Source: Syntrophales bacterium (lineage in GTDB: Bacteria > Desulfobacterota > Syntrophia > Syntrophales > PHBD01). From it: a DNA stretch of 64,000 bases. The notes under the pieces are model-generated. The model saw only the letters and a list, made by a program, of their open reading frames with translations. It was not told where the DNA came from and made no database searches. Positions 30,615-40,883 of the stretch are shown here, in pieces. The DNA lies in contig OY764159.1 of the NCBI GenBank assembly GCA_963668175.1, forward strand, positions 4,160,001-4,224,000, written 5' to 3'. The position numbers and the translations under genes were made by a program. How positions within the stretch are numbered: position 1 is the stretch's first letter; every line of letters begins with the position of its first letter.

Positions 30615-32129
30615 TTATTTACCGGACTGATAGGGATCCCAATCGAACCCCCAGATTTCGCTTCCCATAGGAATCTTGTAATTTCTTCTTTCCGTATACG
30701 ACGGGTACCTGCGGCCACCGCCTTCCTTCGGCATCATGGAGACGGGGAATTTCGGCGCAAGGAGGCCGTTGGCCCGGGCTTCCTTCTCCAGCCATTCCCG
30801 ATCGTCCGGATGGGCGATAGAGATCAACGCCGACGCCCTCTCGTAACCGGAGAGACCTCTCAAGTTGACGATGCCGAACTCGGTGCAGACATAATTCGCA
30901 AACTGGGCCGGCACGTCCACGGAGGAGCCTTCCGGCAGGAAGGGAACGATACGGGAAGTGCCGTGTTTGCTTCTCGCCGTCATGGAGGCCACGCCGCGGC
31001 CGCCCCTGGACTGGGCGCAGAAGGTGACGAACTGGAAGTAACCGCCGGAGCTCGAGATCGGCCGCTTTTCATAGAAACCGCTGCTCTGCTGGCCGAGGAG
31101 ATCCACCGCCACGCAATTGTCGATGGCGATCATGTTGTCGATTCTTCTTAATATATCGAAGTTGTTTGTGTAATTGATATCATAGACGGCCATGGACTGG
31201 TTGCGGTGAATCGTGTCGTAATACCATTTCACATCCACGGGGAAGGCGAAGGTCCAGACGCTCTTGCCGCGATCCAGATTCTTGTAGGCATTGGTAACCT
31301 GACCGGATTCGATCATTTTGATCAAACCGAAGTTCATCATTTCCGTGTGAATGCCAAGATCCTTGAATCCTGCATCGGCCATAGCGGCGACACAGGCGGA
31401 GGGCAGCGACCCGATACCGAGTTGGACGATATCCCTGTCCCGCATAATGGTCATAACATGCTTGGCGATTTCGACTTCCACGGGCTTCGCCTGAATGGCC
31501 TTTTCGTTGATCTGGGGCCATTTGTACTTTTCACAGTCCACCTCGACCCAGTAATCGACATCATCGATATGGATGGTGTTGAAGCGGCCGCCCTCCGCCC
31601 AGGGATAATCCGATCGGACTTCGAAGACGGTCTTCTTCGCCGTCTGCTTGAAGAAGTTGCAGTTGTTCGTCCCGTAGGACATATTGAAGTAACCGTGCTC
31701 ATCAGGGGCCGTCGCGGCGTTGAACCACCAGTCGAGACCGCGTTTTTCCTTTACTGCATTGGCGAAGCGATAATGATGGGCATTCATCCCATAGGCCCAT
31801 CCCCACTGCGCCCAGTCGGTTACGTTGTTGTTGTCCCTGGCTTTGCGGTTCCAGGGGAAGAAGAAGAATTCGTGGATACAATGAAATTCCTGGTTGGGAT
31901 CGATCTGCTGCAGTTCCGGATGGGGGAAAAACTCGGCATACATCCAGAATTCGATGTCTTTGAGCTGACCGGCGCCGCCGCCCAGCCTTTTGGCCACGGC
32001 TTCCGTGCAGACGGTGGAATCGCCGCCGACACTGCCGTTGTTGATCCAGTCTCCGGATTTCACCATGTCGGCAATCTGTTCGGCTGTTCTCTTCTTGTCA
32101 CGAATTTTCTGTTGAATAGGTGTCGTCAT
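30615..32129 (-). CDS. Acetyl-CoA hydrolase/transferase family CoA-transferase (butyryl-CoA:acetate type)
   Basis: QLGIGSLP, DLGIHTEM, VCTEFGIVNLRG, LISIAHPDDRE; AAGGAGG RBS. Confidence 0.88.
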   Translation of the reverse strand: MTTPIQQKIRDKKRTAEQIADMVKSGDWINNGSVGGDSTVCTEAVAKRLGGGAGQLKDIEFWMYAEFFPHPELQQIDPNQEFHCIHEFFFFPWNRKARDNNNVTDWAQWGWAYGMNAHHYRFANAVKEKRGLDWWFNAATAPDEHGYFNMSYGTNNCNFFKQTAKKTVFEVRSDYPWAEGGRFNTIHIDDVDYWVEVDCEKYKWPQINEKAIQAKPVEVEIAKHVMTIMRDRDIVQLGIGSLPSACVAAMADAGFKDLGIHTEMMNFGLIKMIESGQVTNAYKNLDRGKSVWTFAFPVDVKWYYDTIHRNQSMAVYDINYTNNFDILRRIDNMIAIDNCVAVDLLGQQSSGFYEKRPISSSGGYFQFVTFCAQSRGGRGVASMTARSKHGTSRIVPFLPEGSSVDVPAQFANYVCTEFGIVNLRGLSGYERASALISIAHPDDREWLEKEARANGLLAPKFPVSMMPKEGGGRRYPSYTERRNYKIPMGSEIWGFDWDPYQSGK

Positions 32130-32437
32130 TTTGCTTCCCTCCTTAAAGTAATGGATTTACCATGCCGTTAACCGCAAGAAGCCGGTTTTCTGCGACTGCA
32201 ACAGAAACCTTGCAGCCGTCGCCGACATGACTGCCGGCGAATGCAAATCACTCTTTATCCGCACGAGCAGCGAAGAGGGCAATACGAGCATTTTTACCAG
32301 CACCACATCAAATGTAGAGTCCGCACCATTTTTGTTGTTGAAAGGTCTAAAACATTTAACCCGTCTGCAAATTCGGGACTTCGAGATTGTGGATTGTCTA
32401 CGCGTCAGATTGCTCTTTGAGATCCAAAACCGGGGAA

Positions 32438-32474
32438 TAAAAAAAGGGCAGGCCGTGTCTAGAACCTGCCCTTT
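32438..32474 (-). terminator. Intrinsic terminator after the acetate channel gene
   Basis: AAAGGGCAGG...CCTGCCCTTT with an A-tract. Confidence 0.8.
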
Positions 32475-32510
32475 CGTCTATGAATCGTATTATGTTTGTT
32501 GGGCAGACCG

Positions 32511-33242
32511 CTATTTCACCAGAGGTTTGGGAACGAAGAATACCGGTTTGCCGTAAATGGTATTGCACACCGTTGCACCGGACAGATAGACGCCGATGAA
32601 GCCGGAGACGATCAGCAGGTAGCCGATAATCGCTTTTGTCTGCTTGACATCGCCTATCGAGAACCAGCCCGTGTCGCAACCGACGATGAGCCAGAGAACG
32701 ACATCGATGCAGAGGACCAGGATGAAGATGAACAGGTTACCCTTGGCGTAGCCCGGGGTTACGACGGTCAGGAAGCATGCGCCGGCCATCCAGCACCACC
32801 CCTCGACATAGACCGCTTTTTGCAGCATGGCGCCGACGGCAGGGCCGACACCGGCCATGGCCGCTTTAATCTGATCGGGCGTCAGCATGTCCACTTTGAC
32901 ATTCGCAGCGGCAGCAGCGGCATCCAAGGCGGCCTTGGCCGCTTTGGGCGAAAACACGAAAGATACCTGATACCATTTGGCAAAAACGCTAAGCGCAGCG
33001 CCCAACATAAAGAAAGCAGAGAAGAAAAGAAAGACGTTACCGCCGAGGATGTTATGATCTTTTAATTCCATCACGGCAGTCGTGTACTGAACCATTGCGC
33101 CGCCTATCAACCAGGCAGCGAGAATGGGAAGACCGGAAAGATCAACTTTGCCAAGAAATACGGCACCAAAACCGAAACAGGCAACCGCCAAAGCCGCCAA
33201 TCCGGCGGGACCGGGTGTTGCAAAGCTATGCTCTTGTGACAT
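32511..33242 (-). CDS. GPR1/FUN34/YaaH (SatP) acetate uptake channel family protein
   Basis: FATPGPAGLAAL N-terminal motif, GGNVFLFFSAF, six TM segments; AAGGAGG upstream of the ATG at 33242. Confidence 0.85.
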   Translation of the reverse strand: MSQEHSFATPGPAGLAALAVACFGFGAVFLGKVDLSGLPILAAWLIGGAMVQYTTAVMELKDHNILGGNVFLFFSAFFMLGAALSVFAKWYQVSFVFSPKAAKAALDAAAAAANVKVDMLTPDQIKAAMAGVGPAVGAMLQKAVYVEGWCWMAGACFLTVVTPGYAKGNLFIFILVLCIDVVLWLIVGCDTGWFSIGDVKQTKAIIGYLLIVSGFIGVYLSGATVCNTIYGKPVFFVPKPLVK

Positions 33243-33753
33243 AAAAAATCCTCCTTTTTTTATTTTTTTTACCGAAATATAACGTGCATTACTGAACAAA
33301 ACGAACTGCCACACCACGGCGTCTTGCAGTTCATGCCGACTTGCATCCCTCCTTTCATTATGGATTTTTCGATTCAGTAAAAAAACACAAGAGGCCTGAA
33401 GTGCCTGCGAAACCACACCACCAGGGTCTTTTAGAATCAACCCCATCAACAAGCAAGACTTCAAGGATATGCAACGACCTCTATCATATGGCAATATGCT
33501 TTGCAAGCCTAAAAGTGAATGTATAGCTTTTTTTGACATATGAAAACGTTTCATTTTTTCTTTTCAGGGCTTATCGAACAGCTATCGCGATTCGTACGCA
33601 TGCGTCGCTTTTTGAGAACTGCTTTATGGTTATACAGGGTGTTGTCCTCAAGGGGCGTTATGCAGATCATTGACAGGCTTATTCTCCTCTGTTATGGTTC
33701 GGCAAATCTTTCAGATATCAAATCACAGCAAACTTAAAGCGACGATGTGCCCC

Positions 33754-34680
33754 ATGCGAAAAACACAGAAGCAAGCTTATGGCTATGCTTTAACGGCGAT
33801 TTTTCTCTGGTCCACTGTTGCCTCGGCCTTCAAGATCACGCTTCGTCACGCATCCTTTCTACAAATGCTCTTCTGGTCATCCTTCGTTGCAGCGGTCACT
33901 CTCGGGATCATTTCCGTTTCACGGAATAAACTCCCTCAGATAAGACATATGTCGCTTGGCGATTGGGGCCGCTCCGCCCTGCTGGGTTTCTTAAACCCCT
34001 TTCTCTACTATCTTATTCTCTTTAAAGCCTACGACCTGCTGCCCGCCCAGGAGGCCCAGGCCCTCAACTACGCCTGGCCGATTATGCTCGTTCTCATGTC
34101 CATATTTTTCCTGAAACAGAGGATCGGCTGCTTGAGCATATTGGCTATTCTGATCAGCTTTTCCGGAATATGGGTGATTTCGACCCGGGGAGACATACTC
34201 GGCCTGCACTTCGCCAATCCGCTGGGCGCTTTGCTTGCATTGTCGAGTTCAATCATCTGGGCATCCTTCTGGATCATGAACATCAGGGACCGGAGGGACG
34301 AAGTCGTGAAGCTCTTTCTCAGCTTCAGCTTCGGTTTTTTATACACCCTGATTTATACCCTGTCTTTTTCGGATTTTCGCGTGCCACCCGTCGTCGGTCT
34401 TGTAGGCGCCGCGTATGCGGGACTATTCGAAATGGGCATCACCTTTTTACTCTGGCTGAAGGCCCTGTCTCTTTCAGAAACAACAGCCCATGTGGGCAGC
34501 ATGGTTTTTCTATCCCCCTTTTTCTCTCTCATCATCATCCATCTGGCGGTAGGGGAAACGATTCTGCCTTCAACGATTGCCGGATTGGTCATGATCGTCT
34601 GCGGCGTCGTGATGCAGCAGTATGCCTCCCCCGTCTCGGACAGGGAACAAACACCATGCAATGCAAGTCCGGACGCTTGA
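33754..34680 (+). CDS. DMT/EamA family transporter
   Basis: About ten TM segments; WSTVASAFK, AYDLLPAQEAQALNYAWP, GLFEMGITF. Confidence 0.88.
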   Translation: MRKTQKQAYGYALTAIFLWSTVASAFKITLRHASFLQMLFWSSFVAAVTLGIISVSRNKLPQIRHMSLGDWGRSALLGFLNPFLYYLILFKAYDLLPAQEAQALNYAWPIMLVLMSIFFLKQRIGCLSILAILISFSGIWVISTRGDILGLHFANPLGALLALSSSIIWASFWIMNIRDRRDEVVKLFLSFSFGFLYTLIYTLSFSDFRVPPVVGLVGAAYAGLFEMGITFLLWLKALSLSETTAHVGSMVFLSPFFSLIIIHLAVGETILPSTIAGLVMIVCGVVMQQYASPVSDREQTPCNASPDA

Positions 34681-34827
34681 CGGGGAAATGTCTTTACAAT
34701 ATCCCGCAATCGCGGTATAGCAAAAGCATATTGAAATCATTCCCAATTCGCCAGGACATGGCCTGAGTCGTCCAACACGTTTTGGAATCGATGGATCTTA
34801 TCATGATCGTAAGAGGAGCATAAAACA

Positions 34828-35898
34828 GTGGCAGAGTCGGACCAGCGGAAAACGAGAGTCGGCATTATCATGGGCGGGGTCTCTTCAGAGAAAGAGGTGT
34901 CTTTGGAAAGCGGCAGGAACATCTTCAGCAAAATTGACCGCAAGAAATACGAGCCTCTCGCAATCTTCATGGACAGCGGTGCCGCTTTCTGGGAAATATC
35001 TATAAAACTGCTGATGAGAAACAGCACCAGGGATATCGAAGAAGACCTGAAAGAAGAAGCGAAGCCCGTACCTTACGAGACGCTCAGATCGAAAGTGGAC
35101 GTTGTCTGCCTCGGATTGCACGGGAAATATGGTGAAGACGGGTGCATGCAGGGCCTTCTCGAACTGTTGGGCATTCCCTACACCGGTTCGGGCGTCCTCT
35201 CTTCGGCCCTCGGCATGGATAAGAATATCAGCAGACAGTTTCTGTCCATGGCCGGCATCGATGTGCCCCGGACTATTCCTGTTCTCGCCGCCAGTTGGAA
35301 TGACGAGCGAAACCGCGGTGATCTTATCGACCGCATCACGGCCGAGATCGGATACCCCTGCATCGTCAAGCCCACAAGGGAGGGTTGCAGCACCGCCGTC
35401 AAGAAAGTTGTCTCAGCCGAAGGAATCCCCGCGGCCTTAAACGCGGCTTTTTCCTGGGACAGTGTCTCGCTTGTCGAAGAGTTCATCGACGGAACGGAGG
35501 TCACCTGCGGCGTTGTCGGAAACGAAGACCCCGTTGCCCTGACGCCGTCGGAAACCATTCCCACCGACGACATCCTTTCCCTTGAAGACAAGTTTCTTTA
35601 TGGTCAGGGCGAGAACAAGACACCTGCCAGATTGCCGGAAGAAACCCTAAAAAGAATTCAGGATACGGCGATTCGTACGTTCAGGGCTCTGGATCTCAGA
35701 GGCTACAGCCGCATCGATATGTTTCTGAGAAAAGACGGAAGGGTGGCCGTCCTGGAGCCCAATACTCTGCCCGGCATGACCCCGTCGACAGTCCTGTTTC
35801 ATCAGGCCGCCGCTTCCGGAATCACACAGACCGATCTGATCGACCGCATCATCCAGTTCGCCATCGAAGCCCACTCTCGAAAAAAAGGTCCCCTGTAA
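34828..35898 (+). CDS. ddl: D-alanine--D-alanine ligase
   Basis: GGVSSEKEVSLESG, LHGKYGEDG, EEFIDG, LEPNTLPGMT. Confidence 0.92.
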   Translation: MAESDQRKTRVGIIMGGVSSEKEVSLESGRNIFSKIDRKKYEPLAIFMDSGAAFWEISIKLLMRNSTRDIEEDLKEEAKPVPYETLRSKVDVVCLGLHGKYGEDGCMQGLLELLGIPYTGSGVLSSALGMDKNISRQFLSMAGIDVPRTIPVLAASWNDERNRGDLIDRITAEIGYPCIVKPTREGCSTAVKKVVSAEGIPAALNAAFSWDSVSLVEEFIDGTEVTCGVVGNEDPVALTPSETIPTDDILSLEDKFLYGQGENKTPARLPEETLKRIQDTAIRTFRALDLRGYSRIDMFLRKDGRVAVLEPNTLPGMTPSTVLFHQAAASGITQTDLIDRIIQFAIEAHSRKKGPL

Positions 35899-36193
35899 GG
35901 CGATAAAACCGGATTTTCGACATTTGCCGCAACCAGGAAGGGCATCGCCGGAGAGTATGGCAAGTCATGCGAAGCAACCGGCGAATCGGCCTGAAGTCAT
36001 CGATATTAAAGAGAATATCGGTTGCTTTCTTTTGAACCGGTCTTTATGTGCATGTATCGACGCCGATGTTGAAGATCCCTTCGAATGAAAAACGCTTCTA
36101 TGACGGGGATTTGAGACCTGCTATGTCGACAGGCTGCCGACCTTCGGGAACGATCATAAACTAAGTGCATATTATCAATGCTTTAATATCCAC

Positions 36194-36221
36194 TTGACAG
36201 AAGGTGATTCGTCCTTATATT
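36194..36221 (+). promoter_or_regulatory. Sigma70-type promoter
   Basis: TTGACA-N16-TATATT. Confidence 0.55.
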
Positions 36222-36258
36222 AAAAAAAATTTGGTAATGGGTATTAAGGATATCTGTC

Positions 36259-36783
36259 ATGGGTCGCTTTTTCAGTCCATCTCAGAAGTCTGTTGCCAAG
36301 GAGTCATTTGCGCTGGCGGAAAGACTGGCGGGTCAGTTCTTCCGTTTGAGCAATGCATCTTTGAAATCCCACAGGTACGATATCCGTACCCTGGCTTATC
36401 TGGAAAAGCATGAGGTCAGCGAAAAGGCATTTGCGCATTTGTGCAAGTATCAATACCGGAAGGAGGATGCGGGTGATGTCGGTTTTCACTTCTATCGTAT
36501 CTGCCTTCAGGATAATTGCATTCTCGATGCCATCGATCGGGCCGGTTCTTTCATCAAGTTGTCCCCCTTGATGCTTTACATAGCGGCGCACGAACTGACC
36601 CATGTCATCCGTTTCGACAACGGGTTGGCCGACTTCAACGCCCCCTCAGATGTAAAAGAGGAGGAAGAAGAACGGGTGAACAGGATTACGAAGGAGATGC
36701 TTAAAGGCGTCCGGTATCCGGATATGAACATCGTCTTCGAATGCTTCAGCAAAGACTACCAGATTGGTGATACCTATAATTGA
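36259..36783 (+). CDS. Hypothetical protein with HExxH motif
   Basis: [13 protein letters not shown] and promoter upstream. Confidence 0.7.
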   Translation: MGRFFSPSQKSVAKESFALAERLAGQFFRLSNASLKSHRYDIRTLAYLEKHEVSEKAFAHLCKYQYRKEDAGDVGFHFYRICLQDNCILDAIDRAGSFIKLSPLMLYIAAHELTHVIRFDNGLADFNAPSDVKEEEEERVNRITKEMLKGVRYPDMNIVFECFSKDYQIGDTYN

Positions 36784-36805
36784 TCAATGTTGGAGGTGTG
36801 TTAGG

Positions 36806-37090
36806 ATGCCGATTTATGAGTATAAATGTCGAAAATGTGGTAAAGAATATGAAATGTTTCAGGGTATAACGGAGCCTGCCGCCACGACCTGCAAATATTG
36901 CAAAGGGGCCGTAACGAAACTCATTTCCCGCTCATCCTTTCACTTGAAGGGAAGCGGATGGTACGTAACGGACTACGGAGGAAAGAAGCCGTCGGCGAGC
37001 AGTGAATCGAGCGCTTCTGAATCCTCTTCGTCGTCCTCGTCTGATTCGGAAAACAGCACGGCATCTTCCGGTACCAAGACTGAGGAATAA
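36806..37090 (+). CDS. FmdB-family zinc-ribbon protein
   Basis: [12 protein letters not shown]...CKYC...[13 protein letters not shown] and a Ser-rich tail. Confidence 0.92.
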   Translation: MPIYEYKCRKCGKEYEMFQGITEPAATTCKYCKGAVTKLISRSSFHLKGSGWYVTDYGGKKPSASSESSASESSSSSSSDSENSTASSGTKTEE

Positions 37091-37112
37091 AAAGAGCGGA
37101 TTAGACAGATGG

Positions 37113-37149
37113 AAGGGTGGCCAGTCCGTAAAGGAGGCTGCCCTTTTTT
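37113..37149 (+). terminator. Intrinsic terminator
   Basis: AAGGGTGGCC...GGCTGCCCTTTTTT. Confidence 0.7.
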
Positions 37150-37241
37150 ACGAACGGCATTTGCGCCGCAATAAGGATTTTCAGCCAGGCCGGCATGACA
37201 TCTCAGACTCACCCGCAATCACAGGGGAAAGCAGGTTTTCC

Positions 37242-38240
37242 ATGAACATACGGCGTTCGCATATGGTTTTAAAGCCATCCTTCGTTCTCGCTTTCGGGTT
37301 GATCCTCCTTGCCTCTTTGAGTTTATCGTCCTGTCAAAAGACTCAGGAAAAATCTCCGGCGGGAGGCAACATCAGAATCATCACCACGCTTTTTCCGCTC
37401 TACGATTTCACCCGATCGATCGGAAAAGATAAGGTGGAAGTCACCCTGCTTTTGCCGCCGGGGGTGGAAGCCCATGCCTTTGAGCCGAAACCCGCCGATA
37501 TTGCGAGGATTCACGACGCAGACCTCTTCATTTACACGGGCGACGCTATGGAGCCATGGGTGGCGAAAATCCTCAAGGGCGTACAATCCCCCAGGCTCTC
37601 CGTTGTCGATTCGAGCAAAGGAATCCCCATGGTCAAAGCAGGAACGGCATCGGAAGAAGAACCCGGGCATGACGGTCATGATCATGGCGGCCTGGACCCC
37701 CATATTTGGCTGGATTTTGACAATGCCGCGAAAATGATCGATACCGTAACCGCCGGCTTGATCGCCAAAGACACGCCCAACCGGGATTTCTATCTTAAAA
37801 ATGCCCGGGAATACCAGGAGCAACTAAAGGCACTGGACAACCGATACCGGACAGCGCTCGCCACCTGTAAGAAAAACGTAATCGTTTATGCGGGGCATGC
37901 TTCTGTAGGTTACCTCATGAGGCGGTACCATATCCAATTCGCAACGGCCTACAAAGGTTTCAGCCCCGATACGGAACCGACGCCGCGGGATCTTGCGAAA
38001 ATGGTGAATATTATCAAAAAGAACGGCCTGCGTTACATTTACTATGAAGAACTCATCTCGCCCAAAATCGCGCGTATTATTTCCGGAGAAACCGGTGCCG
38101 AGATGCTGCTTTTAAATGGCGCCCACAATATCTCCAAGCAGGAGTACGACAGCGGGGTGTCCTACCTGGGACTGATGGACGCGAACCTGAAAAACTTAAT
38201 CAAAGGAATGGAATGCCGCCCACAAACATCATCTCCGTAA
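37242..38240 (+). CDS. znuA: Zn/Mn ABC transporter substrate-binding lipoprotein
   Basis: Lipobox LSSC, GVEAHAFEP, His-rich loop, DPHIWLD. Confidence 0.9.
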   Translation: MNIRRSHMVLKPSFVLAFGLILLASLSLSSCQKTQEKSPAGGNIRIITTLFPLYDFTRSIGKDKVEVTLLLPPGVEAHAFEPKPADIARIHDADLFIYTGDAMEPWVAKILKGVQSPRLSVVDSSKGIPMVKAGTASEEEPGHDGHDHGGLDPHIWLDFDNAAKMIDTVTAGLIAKDTPNRDFYLKNAREYQEQLKALDNRYRTALATCKKNVIVYAGHASVGYLMRRYHIQFATAYKGFSPDTEPTPRDLAKMVNIIKKNGLRYIYYEELISPKIARIISGETGAEMLLLNGAHNISKQEYDSGVSYLGLMDANLKNLIKGMECRPQTSSP

Positions 38241-38971
38241 ACAACCTGTCCTTTCGATACCAGGCAAGGGAAGTCCTGAACGGCATATCGTTTGACGTTG
38301 AGAAGAAAGATTACATCGGCCTGGTAGGACCGAACGGTTCGGGAAAGACGACCTTGGTCAAGATCATCCTTGGCCTTCTTATCCCCGGCGGCGGAAGTAT
38401 CAATCTGTTCGGCCAAGACATATCCTCTTTTCGTGACCACCGCAAAATCGGCTACCTTCCGCAAAAAGTGCCTGCCATGACGCCCCGTTTTCCCGCAACG
38501 GTGAAAGAGATCGTATCTTTGGGCATCCTGGTGGACAAAAAGTTCCCTAAATACATCTACAAATCCGATGAAAACAGGATAGATGAAGCCCTTGCACTGC
38601 TGGATATTCTGAATATCAAGGACCGCTTCATATCGGAGATCTCTGGCGGACAGCAGCAGAGGGTCCTTCTGGCCAGGGCCATCGTCAACAAACCGGAAGT
38701 CCTGATCCTGGATGAACCGACTGCGGCACTCGATCCGGAAGTGCGCGAACGTTTTTTCGCCGTACTCGATCACCTCAATAAGGATGAAGACATGACGATC
38801 CTGATCGTCACGCATGATATAGGCTCCATAGGGAAATATGCCTCAAAACTTCTTTACCTGGACAAGAGAATTGTTTTCTATGGAAGCTTCGGCGATTTCT
38901 GTCTGTCCGAGGATATTACGAACTTCTTTGGCGAATTCGCCCAACACATCATCTGCCACAGACATCATTGA
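38213..38971 (+). CDS. znuC: Metal ABC transporter ATP-binding protein
   Basis: GPNGSGKTT, ISGGQQQR, LDEPT, THD. Confidence 0.9.
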   Translation: MPPTNIISVNNLSFRYQAREVLNGISFDVEKKDYIGLVGPNGSGKTTLVKIILGLLIPGGGSINLFGQDISSFRDHRKIGYLPQKVPAMTPRFPATVKEIVSLGILVDKKFPKYIYKSDENRIDEALALLDILNIKDRFISEISGGQQQRVLLARAIVNKPEVLILDEPTAALDPEVRERFFAVLDHLNKDEDMTILIVTHDIGSIGKYASKLLYLDKRIVFYGSFGDFCLSEDITNFFGEFAQHIICHRHH

Positions 38972-38980
38972 GAATCGAAG

Positions 38981-39799
38981 ATGAATCTTATGGATATCCT
39001 TGAGTACGGCTTTATTCAGCGAGCCCTGATCGCCGGCTCCTTTATCGGCATGCTGTGCTCCTTGCTCGGCGTTTTCCTCGTACTCAGGAGACTTTCGCTG
39101 ATCGGCGACGGCCTTGCCCACGCCACGTTCGGCAGTGTCGCCCTTTCCCTGTTTCTGAATATGTCTGCTCTATGGATATCGCTGCCGATCGTCATGATGT
39201 GCGCCCTCGGCATTCTTCGCCTGACGGAGCGTTTCCGTTTGAACGGGGACGCAGCCATCGGGATGGTTTCATCTTTAGGCATCGCCGCCGGTATTCTCCT
39301 GTCCAGCATAGCCGGTGGATTTAATGTCGATCTTTTCAGTTTTCTGTTCGGCAGCATCCTTGCCATCAGCAACACGGAAGTCATCCTTTCCATCATCCTG
39401 TCGTTTCTTGTCTTGCTTATGGTATCTTTCTTTTACAACGATCTTCTTTCCATCACCTTTGACGAGGAGTCGGCCAAGGTCTCGGGCATCAATATCCAAC
39501 GATTGAATACGATATTCGTATTGATGACGGCCGTCACGGTTGTCCTGTCCATGAAGGTCGTCGGAATCATGCTGATATCGGCCTTGCTGATCCTGCCTCC
39601 GGTGACGGCATTGCAGGTTGCCGAGAGTTTTAAGGCCACTATTCTTGTAGCCTTGTTAGCCGCGGCGATATCCGTGATTTCAGGGATATTGGTTTCTTTC
39701 TATCTCGATCTACCGACCGGCGCCGTCATTGTCGCCGTCAACTTCGGACTGTTCCTTGTGGGGGCTTTATACAGGCGGGCAAAAAATCTCCGGGGCTGA
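38981..39799 (+). CDS. znuB: Metal ABC transporter permease
   Basis: GDGLAH, LFGSIL, VVGIMLISALLILP. Confidence 0.9.
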   Translation: MNLMDILEYGFIQRALIAGSFIGMLCSLLGVFLVLRRLSLIGDGLAHATFGSVALSLFLNMSALWISLPIVMMCALGILRLTERFRLNGDAAIGMVSSLGIAAGILLSSIAGGFNVDLFSFLFGSILAISNTEVILSIILSFLVLLMVSFFYNDLLSITFDEESAKVSGINIQRLNTIFVLMTAVTVVLSMKVVGIMLISALLILPPVTALQVAESFKATILVALLAAAISVISGILVSFYLDLPTGAVIVAVNFGLFLVGALYRRAKNLRG

Positions 39800-39927
39800 G
39801 GCAAAAACCCCGATGCTTGAATGGTGTGTCGATTCGGCGCTTATTATTTTTCAGTTCCCTCACATCATTTCGGTGAAAAAATCATCATGTAAGGGATCAT
39901 CGGTACTTTTTCGTATAATGGAAAATC

Positions 39928-40386
39928 CTATTTATATATGCCGCAGCCGATAAACCGGTCGCTGCCGGTTTTTAGAACATACGTCGCCTTGCCTTCTATT
40001 CTCTTCGTCGTCGGATTCGACCATTGATAATCCACCCATCCCTTTCCCTTCTTCCGGGCGACACTGATCATCTCTTGAATAAAGAATTTCCCCGCTGAAT
40101 CCTTCAATTGGCTCAAATCCCTGCCGATAAGCAACGGATCGTTACCGTGGGAAAGGCACCTCCCCGTCATATCAAATACAAAGACGTAAAGATCTTTGTT
40201 GAGATCCGTAAATCTCCCGTCTCTCTTGTTGAATTCGGCAAATGCCCTTGCTTCTCCTTTCTCTTTCATATAGGCAGCCGCTCTCTCCGCCAGGGCCATG
40301 GCTTCTTGGGGAGACGCTTTAGCGACAGCATGAACGAAACCGGCTGCTAAAATCAGAACCAGGCACGCCAGGAAATATCTCTTCAC
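39928..40386 (-). CDS. Stand-alone secreted single-Cache-domain protein
   Basis: Signal peptide, DLYVFVFD, LKDSAGKFFI, GWVDYQWSNP, GCGIY. Confidence 0.85.
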   Translation of the reverse strand: MKRYFLACLVLILAAGFVHAVAKASPQEAMALAERAAAYMKEKGEARAFAEFNKRDGRFTDLNKDLYVFVFDMTGRCLSHGNDPLLIGRDLSQLKDSAGKFFIQEMISVARKKGKGWVDYQWSNPTTKRIEGKATYVLKTGSDRFIGCGIYK

Positions 40387-40883
40387 GTCATGTTCTCCTT
40401 TCGATCAATGAATAGATCATTCATCCACAATGGACGCAGCCATTGTGCCCCCCTCTCGAAAGATGCCCCGTCATCGCATTCGCCTCCTGTGGCGAAATAC
40501 TCCAATCCTGCCTGTGAAGCTGCCCCGTCAATCAGGCCGGGTGTTTTATCGCGGAGAACGACGACACCCTCATACTGCGGGAAAGCTTTCAATGAGAATG
40601 ATTGGCTTATGCTGTGATGCTTTCTCATAGAAACTGCGGCAGGTCAAGGGATAATGCAGGACTGTCCGTATGGCCCGACATGGATATTCCCTCTCCCGCC
40701 GTGAAAATCGAATCCATGATTCGGCCCGGTAAATCTTAACCAAGAACCGAACGTCCGCAAGACATCACTGAATAGTTAAATACCATGAAAAAAGTATTGC
40801 AGGAAACGAAGGTAATCGTTAGGATATAAAAAGAATATGGGATGAACTGCCTGATCATTCGATAAAAGAAGAAAGGAGCATAT

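Noticed and set aside
35899..36190. Intergenic region after ddl with short inverted repeats
   Set aside because: No tRNA, 6S, SRP or riboswitch consensus recognised
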